Position numbers and translations under genes: made by a program. From positions 7,495 through 71,494 of the forward strand of contig CAZZFS010000003.1 of assembly GCA_964653805.1 (NCBI GenBank): a stretch of DNA of 64,000 bases, in the 5' to 3' direction. The notes beneath the pieces were generated by a model. It was not told where the DNA came from and ran no database searches. It saw nothing but the letters and a program-made list of their open reading frames with translations. This document shows positions 41,036 to 51,509 of the stretch, piece by piece (position 1 is the first letter of the stretch; each line of letters begins with the position of its first letter). The DNA is from an uncultured Clostridiaceae bacterium. Its GTDB lineage: Bacteria > Bacillota > Clostridia > TANB77 > CAG-465.

Positions 41036-41707
41036 ATGTTAGAAAAATATATATCAATATTAAGACCAAAGGTTTTAGAATTATTTAAAGAAGATTCTAG
41101 TGGGCATGATATTACTCATTTAGAGCGTACTATGAACACAGCACTATTTATACAACAATATGAAAATGGAGATAGAGTTATAGTAGGAATATCAGCGTTT
41201 TTACATGATATACATAGAATTATGCAAAATGAAAGTGGAAAATTTGTATCGCCAAAAGATTCGTTAGAAAAAGTAAAAGAATTATTGTCTATAACTGATT
41301 TATCACAAGAACAGATCAGTAAAATATTACATTGCATTGAATTTCATGAGGAATATAACTGGAATAATCCTTCGAATAAAGAAAATGATATTAATACTTT
41401 GATTTTACAGGATGCTGATAATTTAGATGCAATTGGTGCAATTGGTATAGGAAGGACATTTTTGTATAGCGGAGCTCAAGGAATAGCAATGTATGATAGT
41501 AGTGGTGGGTTGGAGATGCATGATGATTATTCAGAAGAAAAAGGATATGATGAGTCAACAATACAGCATTTTTATAATAAATTATTTAAATTAGGTGATA
41601 ATATGAATACTAATACAGCAAAGAAATTGGCTGAAAGAAAAACAAATTTCATGAAAGAATTTGTTGAAGAGTTTTTGACAGAGTGGAATGGGGATTATAA
41701 AGTATAA
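41036..41707 (+). CDS. HD-domain phosphohydrolase
   Basis: SGHDITHLER, FLHDI, QDADNLDAIGAIG, HFYNKL. Confidence 0.88.
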   Translation: MLEKYISILRPKVLELFKEDSSGHDITHLERTMNTALFIQQYENGDRVIVGISAFLHDIHRIMQNESGKFVSPKDSLEKVKELLSITDLSQEQISKILHCIEFHEEYNWNNPSNKENDINTLILQDADNLDAIGAIGIGRTFLYSGAQGIAMYDSSGGLEMHDDYSEEKGYDESTIQHFYNKLFKLGDNMNTNTAKKLAERKTNFMKEFVEEFLTEWNGDYKV

Positions 41708-41816
41708 AATAAAGGATTGAAAAATGAAAAGAATGAAGAGTTAAAAGAAGAATGTATTAAATTAGCAAATTTATTTAATACATAATAGTGTGTATTAAAA
41801 TAATCTATGAAGAGGT

Positions 41817-42326
41817 GTGAGTTTGATAAATATAAATAATGTTTTTGTTATAACAAATAAAGAAGAATGGAAAACATATGTAAAAAAATTAATTACTATA
41901 AGAGCAAAAAAAGTTGAACAAAGTGGGTTTATAGAAACTTTAGAAGGAAAGCTAATGTTTAAAAAAGGAAATTATATATGTATAGGTATAGAGGGTGAAG
42001 TTTATCCATATGACTATAAATCATTTGATGAAAAATATGAAAAAGTAAATATATTAATATCAGATGTAGATTATAATATAAAAGATTTTGAATTTTTTAC
42101 AGATAAAAAAGAAGTTGAGAAAAAAGAAACTATAATTAATAATTGGGATATATACAAAACAAAATATATGCCTGTAGAAGTTATACAAATAAAAGATGAA
42201 TTCACTTTAGATTCAATATGGGGTATTCAAAAAGGAAAAGCTGGTGATTATTTAATATGTCAAAATAGTAAATTATTTTACATATGTGATAAAAGTGTTT
42301 TTGAAAAAACATATGATTTGATATAA
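41817..42326 (+). CDS. Hypothetical protein with a duplicated PGDYG-like domain
   Basis: TLEG...GNYIC.G.EGE.YP...F.EKYE and S.WG...AGDYLI...YIC...FEKTYD halves. Confidence 0.6.
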   Translation: MSLININNVFVITNKEEWKTYVKKLITIRAKKVEQSGFIETLEGKLMFKKGNYICIGIEGEVYPYDYKSFDEKYEKVNILISDVDYNIKDFEFFTDKKEVEKKETIINNWDIYKTKYMPVEVIQIKDEFTLDSIWGIQKGKAGDYLICQNSKLFYICDKSVFEKTYDLI

Positions 42327-42373
42327 GAAAAAACAACCGTTATATATATAAAGGTTGTTTTAAGTTGTAAAGA

Positions 42374-42571
42374 TTAATCTTCAAATTGTGGATCGCTAGA
42401 TGTTCCGGTCTTACGTCCATGTTTATCATAATTATCGGTATGGTGATATTTACCGCTTAAGTCGGTTCTATCTGCGGAAGATCCAACTTTTTGACCATGT
42501 TTATTGTAATAATCGGTATGCGTTTGTATACCACTTAAGTTGTATCTTGGTACAGCTGTGTTTTCACTCAT
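42374..42571 (-). CDS. Small two-repeat protein
   Basis: AAGGAG RBS; LSG...HTD.Y.KHG.K.G.S repeated twice. Confidence 0.65.
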   Translation of the reverse strand: MSENTAVPRYNLSGIQTHTDYYNKHGQKVGSSADRTDLSGKYHHTDNYDKHGRKTGTSSDPQFED

Positions 42572-42953
42572 GATATAAGTTCTCCTTTCTAAAATTATTT
42601 AGTAAAGTGTAGCATATTACTATTATGTTAAATTATACCATATCTTGATTTAATTTACAATAGTGTAAGTGTAAAATATAAATATAAGAAATATATGGAT
42701 GAAATATTTCTTATATTTGTATTTGTATTGAATTTGCAATTTTTGAAAAATATGTTATACTAGTTATGAAAAATATGTTTGTGGGTAGTTGTTAACAAAA
42801 TATTTTAGAGTAAGTAGGTTAATGAAAATATAAATTTAATTAATGCTAAGCTTATAGAGGCAATAATGAAAAAGTGTAATTTTCATTTAATTTAGGTCGC
42901 GAGATTTACATACGCTATATTGAAAAAGTATAAAAAATTAAGGAGGAAATAAT

Positions 42954-43958
42954 ATGACAAAAGAATTAACATTTACATCGGTATTAGAAAGTGCCGCAAA
43001 ACTTCCACTTGTACACATAAATCGTGAGGAGTTTCTTACAAGAAATTTAGGTAAACTATGTACGCCTACCCAGTTGGAAAAATCAATTTCAGATGGAACA
43101 ATTCAAGCGAATATTCCAATTGAAATACTTGATAGTCTTGCAAATGCTGTGATTAACGCAGAAACACTTAAAGTAACAAGCATTTCTGCTGCAGCAGGAA
43201 TTCCGGGCGGGCTTACTATGGTAGCAACGATTCCAGCTGATTTAGCACAGTTTTATGGTTTTATAATTCGTATTGCCCAAGAACTTGCATACATATACGG
43301 TTTCCAAAATATATTTAATGAGTCAGATGAGCTTGATGAAGCTACAGAATCAAAAATAATTTTATTTATCGGTGTAATGTCAGGTGTAGGAGCTGCTAAT
43401 AAGGTTGTGAGTAAATTGTTTGGTGAAACAGCAATGAAAGCTGTTACTAAAAATGTTGCTGCTAAGGCGCTTACAAAAACTTGGTATTATCCGATTGTGA
43501 AGAAAATTGCTGCAATGCTTGGTCAAAAAATGGTGAAAACAACATTTTCTAAAGGTGTATCAAAAGTAGTTCCTTTAATTGGTGGTGCGATTTCTGGTGG
43601 TCTAACATATGTGACATTTAAACCTATGGCGCATAACTTAAAAAATCATTTATCAACACTTGCACATATGTCACCAAAAGAGTTTGCTGAATATGAATCT
43701 ACTATAACAATTGATGCAGAAGATATTGAAATTAGCGACGTAATTATTGATGATGTTGCAACAAATTGTTGGACATGTGTTTGTGGAGTTGATAACAAAG
43801 GAAAATTTTGTTTTGAGTGTGGTAAATCAAAGCCGATAGGAATACCACAATACAAATGCGATAAGTGCGGATGGGAGCCAGACGATAAAACTTCTCCACC
43901 AAAGTTCTGTCCTGAATGTGGCGATTCATTTGATGATGGAGATATAGTTTTAGGATAA
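42954..43958 (+). CDS. EcsC-like helical protein with C-terminal double zinc ribbon
   Basis: AGIPGG...TIPADLAQF...AQELAYIYG; WTCVCG..FCFECG and CDKCG...FCPECG. Confidence 0.75.
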   Translation: MTKELTFTSVLESAAKLPLVHINREEFLTRNLGKLCTPTQLEKSISDGTIQANIPIEILDSLANAVINAETLKVTSISAAAGIPGGLTMVATIPADLAQFYGFIIRIAQELAYIYGFQNIFNESDELDEATESKIILFIGVMSGVGAANKVVSKLFGETAMKAVTKNVAAKALTKTWYYPIVKKIAAMLGQKMVKTTFSKGVSKVVPLIGGAISGGLTYVTFKPMAHNLKNHLSTLAHMSPKEFAEYESTITIDAEDIEISDVIIDDVATNCWTCVCGVDNKGKFCFECGKSKPIGIPQYKCDKCGWEPDDKTSPPKFCPECGDSFDDGDIVLG

Positions 43959-44202
43959 TGTAATATTTAGGAGAGAATATTAGATAAATAATAAAAAATG
44001 AGTTTACACAGTAAAATGTGTAGGCTTTTTTTTATGCCCAAAAATAGAGATATACTTAGTAGGTAAACGAAAGTCAACATAAAGTTATTGGAAATATGGT
44101 TAAATTGTGTTATAATGTTATTAAATTTATATTTTTTGTATACTCGTTAATATGGAGAAACAAATACTTTAAAATTAATAATTATTAGGAGGAAAAACTA
44201 CG

Positions 44203-45153
44203 TTGAAAACAGTAAAAATTACGCATAAAGAATTTGCAATTGAAGCTATTATAAATAATAGTGAAGAAATTGAAATTAGAGAAGGGGAAAACGGTCGGTT
44301 TTATATAACAGCTGTAGCAAAACAATTAAAAGTACCTAGTGGTATTCCAATTTTTTCAGGATTTAAAAGAGTCTTCAACATCGCAATAGATCAATTTGTG
44401 ATTCAAAATGAAGCAGATGGAAGTTGTTTTACTTTGGCTCCTGTATCTAAGGAGATAATTGAAAACGGCTTTGGTAGACTTAATCTTGATAATGATAAAT
44501 TTGATAGGGAAAACTTTCATGAAGAAGTAACTGAAGAACTTGAAGCAATTCACGAGTTTATCCGTATGTATGGTGGCTTTTATATGGCAACATTTCCAGC
44601 TTCTAAAGGAAAGATAGGAACACAGGAAATTGCAAGATTTGTTCCGGGTGCATATCCGTGGGTAAACATTTGTTATGAAAATTCTTCTGATAAAACGGAT
44701 GTAGTTCGTGAAGCTAAAAAATATACAAAAACACTCAAAAATGGTGTGAAATTTTGTATAGAGTATGGTGAACTTTGGGATTACGCCTGCCAATCATTAA
44801 TTGAAAGGAATTTAGTTACTTTCGATGAAATAGTTAAAAAATCAAATCTTTTTGGAAATTGCTATAACAATGAAGAAGGTGAAATTTTAAAAACTGGAAC
44901 AAAATCTGAATATATGTTAGGTGGTTTATATGGTCTTTCTGGTTGTGTTTGGAGATGGACACAGGAACATTTTGGAATGAATAGAAAAGCCTGTCGTGGT
45001 GGTTCATTTAATGATGGTGGTTATGGAAATGCTGCGTTCTATCGCGATGATTATTGTACTAGTAAAGCAGACTATGACATAGGTTTTGGCGGAGTACTTT
45101 ATGGTAGTACTGAAATTTGTTACCGCACTGAGATGCTCGATGTGTTAAAATAA
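44203..45153 (+). CDS. FGE-sulfatase/C-type-lectin-fold protein (DGR-target-like), paralog A
   Basis: YGGFYMA, PWVNI, GLYGLSGCVWRWT.E...RGGSF...R...GF..VLY. Confidence 0.75.
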   Translation: MKTVKITHKEFAIEAIINNSEEIEIREGENGRFYITAVAKQLKVPSGIPIFSGFKRVFNIAIDQFVIQNEADGSCFTLAPVSKEIIENGFGRLNLDNDKFDRENFHEEVTEELEAIHEFIRMYGGFYMATFPASKGKIGTQEIARFVPGAYPWVNICYENSSDKTDVVREAKKYTKTLKNGVKFCIEYGELWDYACQSLIERNLVTFDEIVKKSNLFGNCYNNEEGEILKTGTKSEYMLGGLYGLSGCVWRWTQEHFGMNRKACRGGSFNDGGYGNAAFYRDDYCTSKADYDIGFGGVLYGSTEICYRTEMLDVLK

Positions 45154-45220
45154 TTTATGTTGCAATTTCGATATAATTTAAAAGAACTTTAGAATAAATA
45201 TTTTAAGGAGGAAAATAGGT

Positions 45221-45781
45221 GTGGAGAAAGAATTGTTTGTAAATTTAATTACGTCTAAAAACATAAGTGAAAAATTATTAAATAAAAATAATTTAATAAA
45301 ATTATTAGAAATTGTACCTGAAATTTCAGATATGATTGGTTTTGAACACAAAAATCCACAACATCATTTAGATGTTTGGAATCATACTGTATTAGCTATG
45401 CAAAATAGTGAACCTAATTATGATATAAGGCTTGCATTATTGTTACATGATATTGGTAAGCCACATTCATATCAAGATAAAAAAGTAAGACATTTTCGGG
45501 ATCATCCAAAGGTATCTGAAACTATATCAAAAAATGTATTAGCAAATTTAAATGAAAATTCTAAATTTACTAATGAAATATTATTTTTAGTAAAAAATCA
45601 TGATTCTTTAATTAAGTTAGCTTATGTTGAAGATAAAGATTTAGAAATATATTTCAAATTGTTAAAAATGCAGTATTGTGATGCGAAGGCACATCATCCT
45701 GATAAAGTTGAATTTAGAATAAAAAATTTAGATAGAATAAAAGAAAATATGCAGATTAGAATGAAAAATTGTAAGCTTTGA
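45221..45781 (+). CDS. HD-domain protein
   Basis: HHLDVWNHT, LLHDIGKP, HF.DH. Confidence 0.82.
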   Translation: MEKELFVNLITSKNISEKLLNKNNLIKLLEIVPEISDMIGFEHKNPQHHLDVWNHTVLAMQNSEPNYDIRLALLLHDIGKPHSYQDKKVRHFRDHPKVSETISKNVLANLNENSKFTNEILFLVKNHDSLIKLAYVEDKDLEIYFKLLKMQYCDAKAHHPDKVEFRIKNLDRIKENMQIRMKNCKL

Positions 45782-45887
45782 AGTAAAGTTGTGATTTTAG
45801 ATGTTCTATGAATAGTGAATATAAAAAGTGAGAAAATTTATTTTCTCACTTTTTTTGTAATAGCGAATGTGTAAAAAGTAGTGATGA

Positions 45888-46061
45888 AAAGGTAATAGAA
45901 AAGCTCTGAAAGCAGATTATAAAAAAGAAGATATGAAATTACAAAAAGATGAAGTTGAGGATGTATTTTGGATGACAAAAGAAGAAATTTTCAAAGCTTT
46001 TAATGATGGAAAAGTAAGAAAAAGTTCTTTTGAATCTGTTAAAAATTTCCTAGATAATTAA
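45888..46061 (+). pseudogene. C-terminal remnant of a probable Nudix-family gene
   Basis: Frame reads ...DMKLQKDEVEDVFWMTKEEI...; no N-terminus or Nudix box. Confidence 0.45.
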
Positions 46062-46255
46062 TATAGTAAATAAATATAAATATAAAAAAGTATAGGTTAG
46101 TGATTTTGCCACTAAGCTGTTTTAAGATGTCTGCTGAATTTAATCTTACTCTAAGAAATAAATGAGTTAAATAAAAGAAAAATTATATGAAATGAGTTAT
46201 TTAAAGTTAAAAAATGAAAAAGATAGAATTAATCAATTCTATCTTTTCAAAGTAA

Positions 46256-46738
46256 TTAAATTTTAATACCTTCATTAAAAACTTCAAAGAAATCAATTTC
46301 TCGTTTTAAAGTTTTTTTACTTTCTTCTTTAATTTCAGTAACGAGTCCCACATTGGAATTAAAAATTTCTAAATAAATTTTTAATTCTTCTAAAAGAGAA
46401 ATATGTTTCTTTATAAGTTCCTCTATTAATCTAACTGCTCTCCGTAAATATATTCCTGCTAAAGCTTCTGTAGGATCTCCTATTTCTAATGTTTCCGTGA
46501 GATCTGCCATACTCATAATACTTAAAAAAGCTTCCTCTTCGTCAAATTCCATAAATTCATCAGTTTCAAAAACCATACTAACGTTTAAAGGTTCCATGAT
46601 TTTTAAAAGTTCTGAAAATTTTACGATTTTTTGAAGATCTTCAAAAGTTATGCCTTCCTTGTATTTATCCAATACTTTGGATAAATTTGACCATTTACTA
46701 ATAACAAATTTAATTTCTTTATTCATTTCAGTTAACAT
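46256..46738 (-). CDS. Hypothetical helical protein with structured 5' leader
   Basis: AAGGAG RBS; TTGACA-17-TATACT promoter at 46837-46809. Confidence 0.72.
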   Translation of the reverse strand: MLTEMNKEIKFVISKWSNLSKVLDKYKEGITFEDLQKIVKFSELLKIMEPLNVSMVFETDEFMEFDEEEAFLSIMSMADLTETLEIGDPTEALAGIYLRRAVRLIEELIKKHISLLEELKIYLEIFNSNVGLVTEIKEESKKTLKREIDFFEVFNEGIKI

Positions 46739-46946
46739 TTTCTTCTCCTTTTTTCGGAGTAATCACTCCGAATTATTTTATTCGAAGTTTTATAAAACTT
46801 TGGTATATAGTATATCATAAAATAGAATATTTGTCAAACTTATGTAAAGTGAAATACGAATATGAATTTATATTTATATGTTAAATTGGAGAAATTAAAG
46901 TCATCTGTTTATATTGTATTTACTTAGTATAAATGGTGATGTATTT

Positions 46947-47159
46947 ATGAAAAATAAAAATATATTAGAAATATTAAAAGAACAAAAAAATATGAATTTA
47001 AAAGGTAATTTATATCATATAGCACAAATTCAATTTGCATACAATAGTAATCATATAGAGGTTTAAAAGAATATAAAGAAGAACAAGGCTTTTTAAAAAG
47101 ATACTTGTCTTACAATGCAAGATAAATATAAAGAGCTAATAGATAGATTAATAAAATAA
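46947..47159 (+). pseudogene. Internally deleted Fic-family gene
   Basis: N-terminal LYHIAQIQFAYNSNHIE joined out of frame to C-terminal RGLKEY...GFL./DTCLTMQDKY; HPFxDGNGR core absent. Confidence 0.72.
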
Positions 47160-47533
47160 AGTATAAACAAAATTAAAGAGTAATTGAAATTTAAAATGTT
47201 TCAATTATTCTTTTTTAGTCAATTAATATAAAGGAGAATGAATGAAAAAATGGTTTAGGAAGTTATAATTTGTATATAGATTAAAAAGAAATACAATATT
47301 TACAATTAAAGAATTTGAAAATACACTTAAATAGAAAATGTAAAGTATTTATAAAGCAAATACAAATAGAATTGAGATAGCAATTAATATAAAAGAAAGT
47401 TAAAAATATTGAAAAATATTGTATAACATGTTATACTCAAAATATAAAGTATAGGCATAAGGTTGAAAAAGTATTTTATTTGTAAAATGATTAAGTTATA
47501 TAGATAGTATATTTTAATAAAAGGAGGTTAACT

Positions 47534-47911
47534 ATGATAAATAAAAATCAAAAAGATTTAATAATATTAAATAGGTCTATTTTTTTTAGATTTAAATGTT
47601 TTTTTAGAAAATTATTTAAAAAAAATTTAAAAAAAGAATATAAAAAAGATTTTTATTTAGATATAGAAAAAAAATTAGATTTTAAAAAAAATTTGAAGTT
47701 AAGTATTGATGAAAATAATATAGATATTTTAAAACAACAAATAAATTTTGAAAATGGTAATATAAAAGAAGAAGATATGGATGAAAAAACAAAAATAAAA
47801 CTAAATAAATTATATCAAAATCAAATAGCAGATTTAAAAAAACTTATTTCAATAAATGAAGAAAAATGTAGAAAAATTTTAGAGATCAATAGACTTAAAG
47901 AAAAAAAATGA
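47534..47911 (+). CDS. Hypothetical Lys-rich protein
   Basis: AAGGAGG RBS; first gene of an apparent three-gene operon. Confidence 0.7.
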   Translation: MINKNQKDLIILNRSIFFRFKCFFRKLFKKNLKKEYKKDFYLDIEKKLDFKKNLKLSIDENNIDILKQQINFENGNIKEEDMDEKTKIKLNKLYQNQIADLKKLISINEEKCRKILEINRLKEKK

Positions 47912-47937
47912 TTTTTTTATAGTAGATAATAATAGAG

Positions 47938-48855
47938 GTGAAAGATATGGAAAATATAAGTTTAGAATTATATAAACTTTTTTGTTTTGTAGCTAAATAT
48001 GGAAGTATTTCTAAAGCATCAGAGGCTTTATATATTACACAACCTGCGGTTACACAAGGAATAAAAAGGCTTGAAGAACAATTAAATGGGAAATTATTTT
48101 ATAGAGTACCAAAGGGAGTTGTTTTAACAGAAAATGGGAAGAAATTATATGAATATATATATGAAAGTATAGATCAAATAGGAAATGCCGGAAGTAAATT
48201 TAGTCAATATATAAATTTAGAATATGGAAAAATAAGAATAAAAAGTGGTAGTTTATTAGGTAATATAGTTTTATATAAACCATTAATGGATTTTATTGAA
48301 TTATTTCCAGAGATAGAAATTGAAATCTCAGGTGGAATTACTAAAAATTCTTTAAATTCACTTTCAAAAGGAGAAGTTGATTTAGTACTTTTAACTTTAC
48401 CATGCAATAGTTCATATAATAACATAACAATAAAAAAATTAAAAGAAGAAGAAATGTGTTTAGTAGCTACAAAAGAGTATTTAGAAAATATAAAATTTGA
48501 TAAAGATAAAATATATGAAGATTTGAATGATTTTAAATTAATATTGCCAAAAGAAAATTCCAATGAAAGGAATATGTTAGATGTTTTTTTTAAAGAAAAC
48601 AATATTAGTGTTAATGTCAATTATTCAATATCAAGTTCTACAACTAGAAAAATATTTCTTCTAAATTCTAAAGGTGCTACAATAATACAAAAAAAATTAG
48701 TAAAAGAAGAATTATTATCAGGTAGATTAATAGAAATAAATTTCAAGCATGAAATACCTAAATATAAAATCGGTGTGGCTATTTTAAAAGAAGAAATATC
48801 TAATTTTGCAACTTTGAAATTATTAGATTTTATAGAAGAATTTTCGGAGGAATAA
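47938..48855 (+). CDS. LysR-family transcriptional regulator
   Basis: GSISKASEALYITQPAVTQGIKRLEEQL...LF.R...GV.LT. Confidence 0.93.
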   Translation: MKDMENISLELYKLFCFVAKYGSISKASEALYITQPAVTQGIKRLEEQLNGKLFYRVPKGVVLTENGKKLYEYIYESIDQIGNAGSKFSQYINLEYGKIRIKSGSLLGNIVLYKPLMDFIELFPEIEIEISGGITKNSLNSLSKGEVDLVLLTLPCNSSYNNITIKKLKEEEMCLVATKEYLENIKFDKDKIYEDLNDFKLILPKENSNERNMLDVFFKENNISVNVNYSISSSTTRKIFLLNSKGATIIQKKLVKEELLSGRLIEINFKHEIPKYKIGVAILKEEISNFATLKLLDFIEEFSEE

Positions 48856-48858
48856 TAT

Positions 48859-50163
48859 ATGAAAAAAACAAGTGATAAAAAGATTATATTATGTGGACCG
48901 CCACATTCTGGAAAAAGTGTTTTTGCAGCTAACTTATTAAAAAAATTACCTACAGAATATACATATCTTTTTAGGGCTTGTCCAGATGGAGAAGGTAATT
49001 GGAGTAATAATGAAGATCAACATATGACACAATTAGTTAGAAATAAAGGTGAATTTAATAAAGAATTTGTTCAAGAATGTATTAAAGTAATAGAAAATGT
49101 ATCGTTACCTATTTTGTTAGTTGATGTTGGAGGTATAAGATCTAAAGAAAATGAAGAAATATTTAAATGTTGTGATAATTTTATAATTTTAAGTAATCAA
49201 GATGAAGAAATTCAAAAATGGCAAGAATTTGGAGAAAAAGCAGGTTTAGAATGTATAGGGAAATTTAAATCTGATTTAAATGAAAAAGAAGATATAATAT
49301 ATCAAGATTCTACAAATGATTGTTTAGAAGGTGTAATAGTAAATTTAGAAAGAGGAAAGGATCTAGATTCTGAAATTATTAATAATATTTCTGATAGAAT
49401 AGTTGAAAATACTTATCTTGAAAAAAATTTAAAATCAAATGAAAATATTATAGATATGAATGAAATAGCAAGAGAATTAAATATGATTTCTAATGATGGA
49501 AAAATTTTTTATGATAATAAGCGTATAAGAGAAATAGCTTCTGTTGTTAGTTCTAAAATTAATAGTAGTGAAGATTTAAAAGTAACTGGGTCAAGAGCTA
49601 ATTGGTTGTCAGGACATTTATTAAGTGTTTTTAAAGAAAAAGAAATCGAAAAAATATCTTTTTTTGATATTTCAACAGATAAATATGTTGATGTGGAAAA
49701 ATTAGAAAAAAATGATGAAAAAAGCAGAAATAGTGAATATATATATAGTAGTTTTGAAGAAAACGAAGAATCGATTTTGATTGATTTTGAATTATTGAAG
49801 TATAGAATTAATCCTGAAGATATTGAAAAAATATCTATTCCTAATATAGATTCAAATAAGAAATTATATATAAGTGGCAAGTTACCTAATTGGTTGTTTA
49901 CAAGTATATCTAATTCGTATGAAAATAATGATAAAAGTGTTTTTCAACCTGGCCAAGGTTTTTTTAAATATTCTAGTCAAAATGATTTGGATTTAGGTAT
50001 TTTAGAAAAAGAACCTATAGGTATTGATGTAGAAAAGTTTTTTAAAGAAAAACAAGAAAACAAGAATTTAAGTCAATTAAAAAGTCAAAAAGATATTTTA
50101 AAAGAAAAATTAAAACAATCAAAAGAGTTATTAAATGAGATGAGCAATGAAAAAATAAAGTAA
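48859..50163 (+). CDS. P-loop NTPase fused to Csx3 (Crn3)-like domain(s)
   Basis: GPPHSGKS Walker A, RACPDGEGNW, LVDVGG; C-terminal INPEDIEKISIPNID...LYISGKLPNWLF...VFQPGQG resembles Csx3. Confidence 0.7.
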   Translation: MKKTSDKKIILCGPPHSGKSVFAANLLKKLPTEYTYLFRACPDGEGNWSNNEDQHMTQLVRNKGEFNKEFVQECIKVIENVSLPILLVDVGGIRSKENEEIFKCCDNFIILSNQDEEIQKWQEFGEKAGLECIGKFKSDLNEKEDIIYQDSTNDCLEGVIVNLERGKDLDSEIINNISDRIVENTYLEKNLKSNENIIDMNEIARELNMISNDGKIFYDNKRIREIASVVSSKINSSEDLKVTGSRANWLSGHLLSVFKEKEIEKISFFDISTDKYVDVEKLEKNDEKSRNSEYIYSSFEENEESILIDFELLKYRINPEDIEKISIPNIDSNKKLYISGKLPNWLFTSISNSYENNDKSVFQPGQGFFKYSSQNDLDLGILEKEPIGIDVEKFFKEKQENKNLSQLKSQKDILKEKLKQSKELLNEMSNEKIK

Positions 50164-50603
50164 AAAATAGAGTATATAGTATATTTTGTGTAAATTAAAA
50201 TAAACTATGAATCTTATAGATACTACAATTTATTATAGTATTTGTTAGAATTTTGACAAAAATATACAAAGTCAGAAGTCTTTTTTCAATTTGTGCTGTC
50301 TTCATAATAAAATGTTATATCTTTAATAAAAAATAATTATTTGCTTTATATGATTTTTAGATTTATAATTTAAATATATATAATAAAAAATCTCTATTCA
50401 GATTTGAAGAGAGAAGTGTTAAAGTAAAAAATAGAATTTTATATTTATTATGTTGGGATTTATTTGGTGGAAGTATTTAAATTAATAAGGTGAGTTAAGT
50501 ATAAATAGTAAAAAATGTATAATTATCTGATAATTTATTTTTTATACTATTTAATATTTAGGAACAAATATTTCAAAATTAATAATTATTAGGAGGAACA
50601 ATT

Positions 50604-51509
50604 GTGATGAAAGCGGTAAAAATTACAAAAAAAAAATGTGGAATTAGAGAAGATGAAAAAGGTCGGTTTTATAAAACTGTTTTAGAAAAAGAAGCAAAAG
50701 AATCTAGTGGTATTCCTATTTTTACTGGATTTAAAAGAGTATTTGACATTGCACCGAATCAATTTATTATTCAAAATGAAGCTGATGGAAGCTATTTTAC
50801 TTGGGTCCCAGTATCTAATGAAATAATAGAAAACGGCTTTGGTAGACTTAATCTTTGTAATGATATATTTGATGAAAAAAACTTTAATGAAGATATAACT
50901 GATGAACTCAAAGAAATTCATGACTTTATTAGAATGTATGGTGGGTTTTACATGGCAACATTTCCTGCTTCTAAAAGTAAAAAAAGAAGACAGTATATTT
51001 CAAAATTTGTTCCTAATGCAGAGCCTTGGGTAAATATCTGTTATGAAAATTCTTGTGAGAAAACAGATGTAGTTCGAGAAGCTAAAAAATATTCAGATAC
51101 ACTTAAAGATGGTGCAAAATTCTGTATAGAGTATGGTGAACTTTGGGATTACACATGCCAATCATTAATTGATAGGGATTTAGCAACTTTCGATGAAGTA
51201 GTCAAAGAATCAAAGCGTTTGGGAAATTACTATAATAATGAAAGTGGTAAACTCTTAAAAACAGGAACAAAACCCGAATATATGGTAGCTGGTTTATACG
51301 GTCTTGCCGGTTGTGTTTGGAGATGGACACAGGAAAATTTTAATGTATCTAGGAAAGTCTGTCGTGGTGGTTCGTTTTCTAATGATAGTGATTATAATCA
51401 AATGTTCTATCGTAGTAGTATATGTATTAGTAATGGTTACAATAATTTAGGATTTGCTGGGGTGCTTTATGGTAGCACAGAGATCTATTACCATACCGAG
51501 AGGCTTTAA
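50604..51509 (+). CDS. FGE-sulfatase/C-type-lectin-fold protein (DGR-target-like), paralog B
   Basis: Collinear with 44203-45153; GLYGLAGCVWRWTQE...RGGSF...R...GF..VLY. Confidence 0.75.
   Translation: MMKAVKITKKKCGIREDEKGRFYKTVLEKEAKESSGIPIFTGFKRVFDIAPNQFIIQNEADGSYFTWVPVSNEIIENGFGRLNLCNDIFDEKNFNEDITDELKEIHDFIRMYGGFYMATFPASKSKKRRQYISKFVPNAEPWVNICYENSCEKTDVVREAKKYSDTLKDGAKFCIEYGELWDYTCQSLIDRDLATFDEVVKESKRLGNYYNNESGKLLKTGTKPEYMVAGLYGLAGCVWRWTQENFNVSRKVCRGGSFSNDSDYNQMFYRSSICISNGYNNLGFAGVLYGSTEIYYHTERL

Noticed and set aside
41036-41707. Alternative genetic code (Arg codon reassignment or TGA read-through)
   Set aside because: AGG encodes a conserved Arg (GIGRTF) here, and TGA ends several intact genes; the TGA at 62424 is better explained as decay
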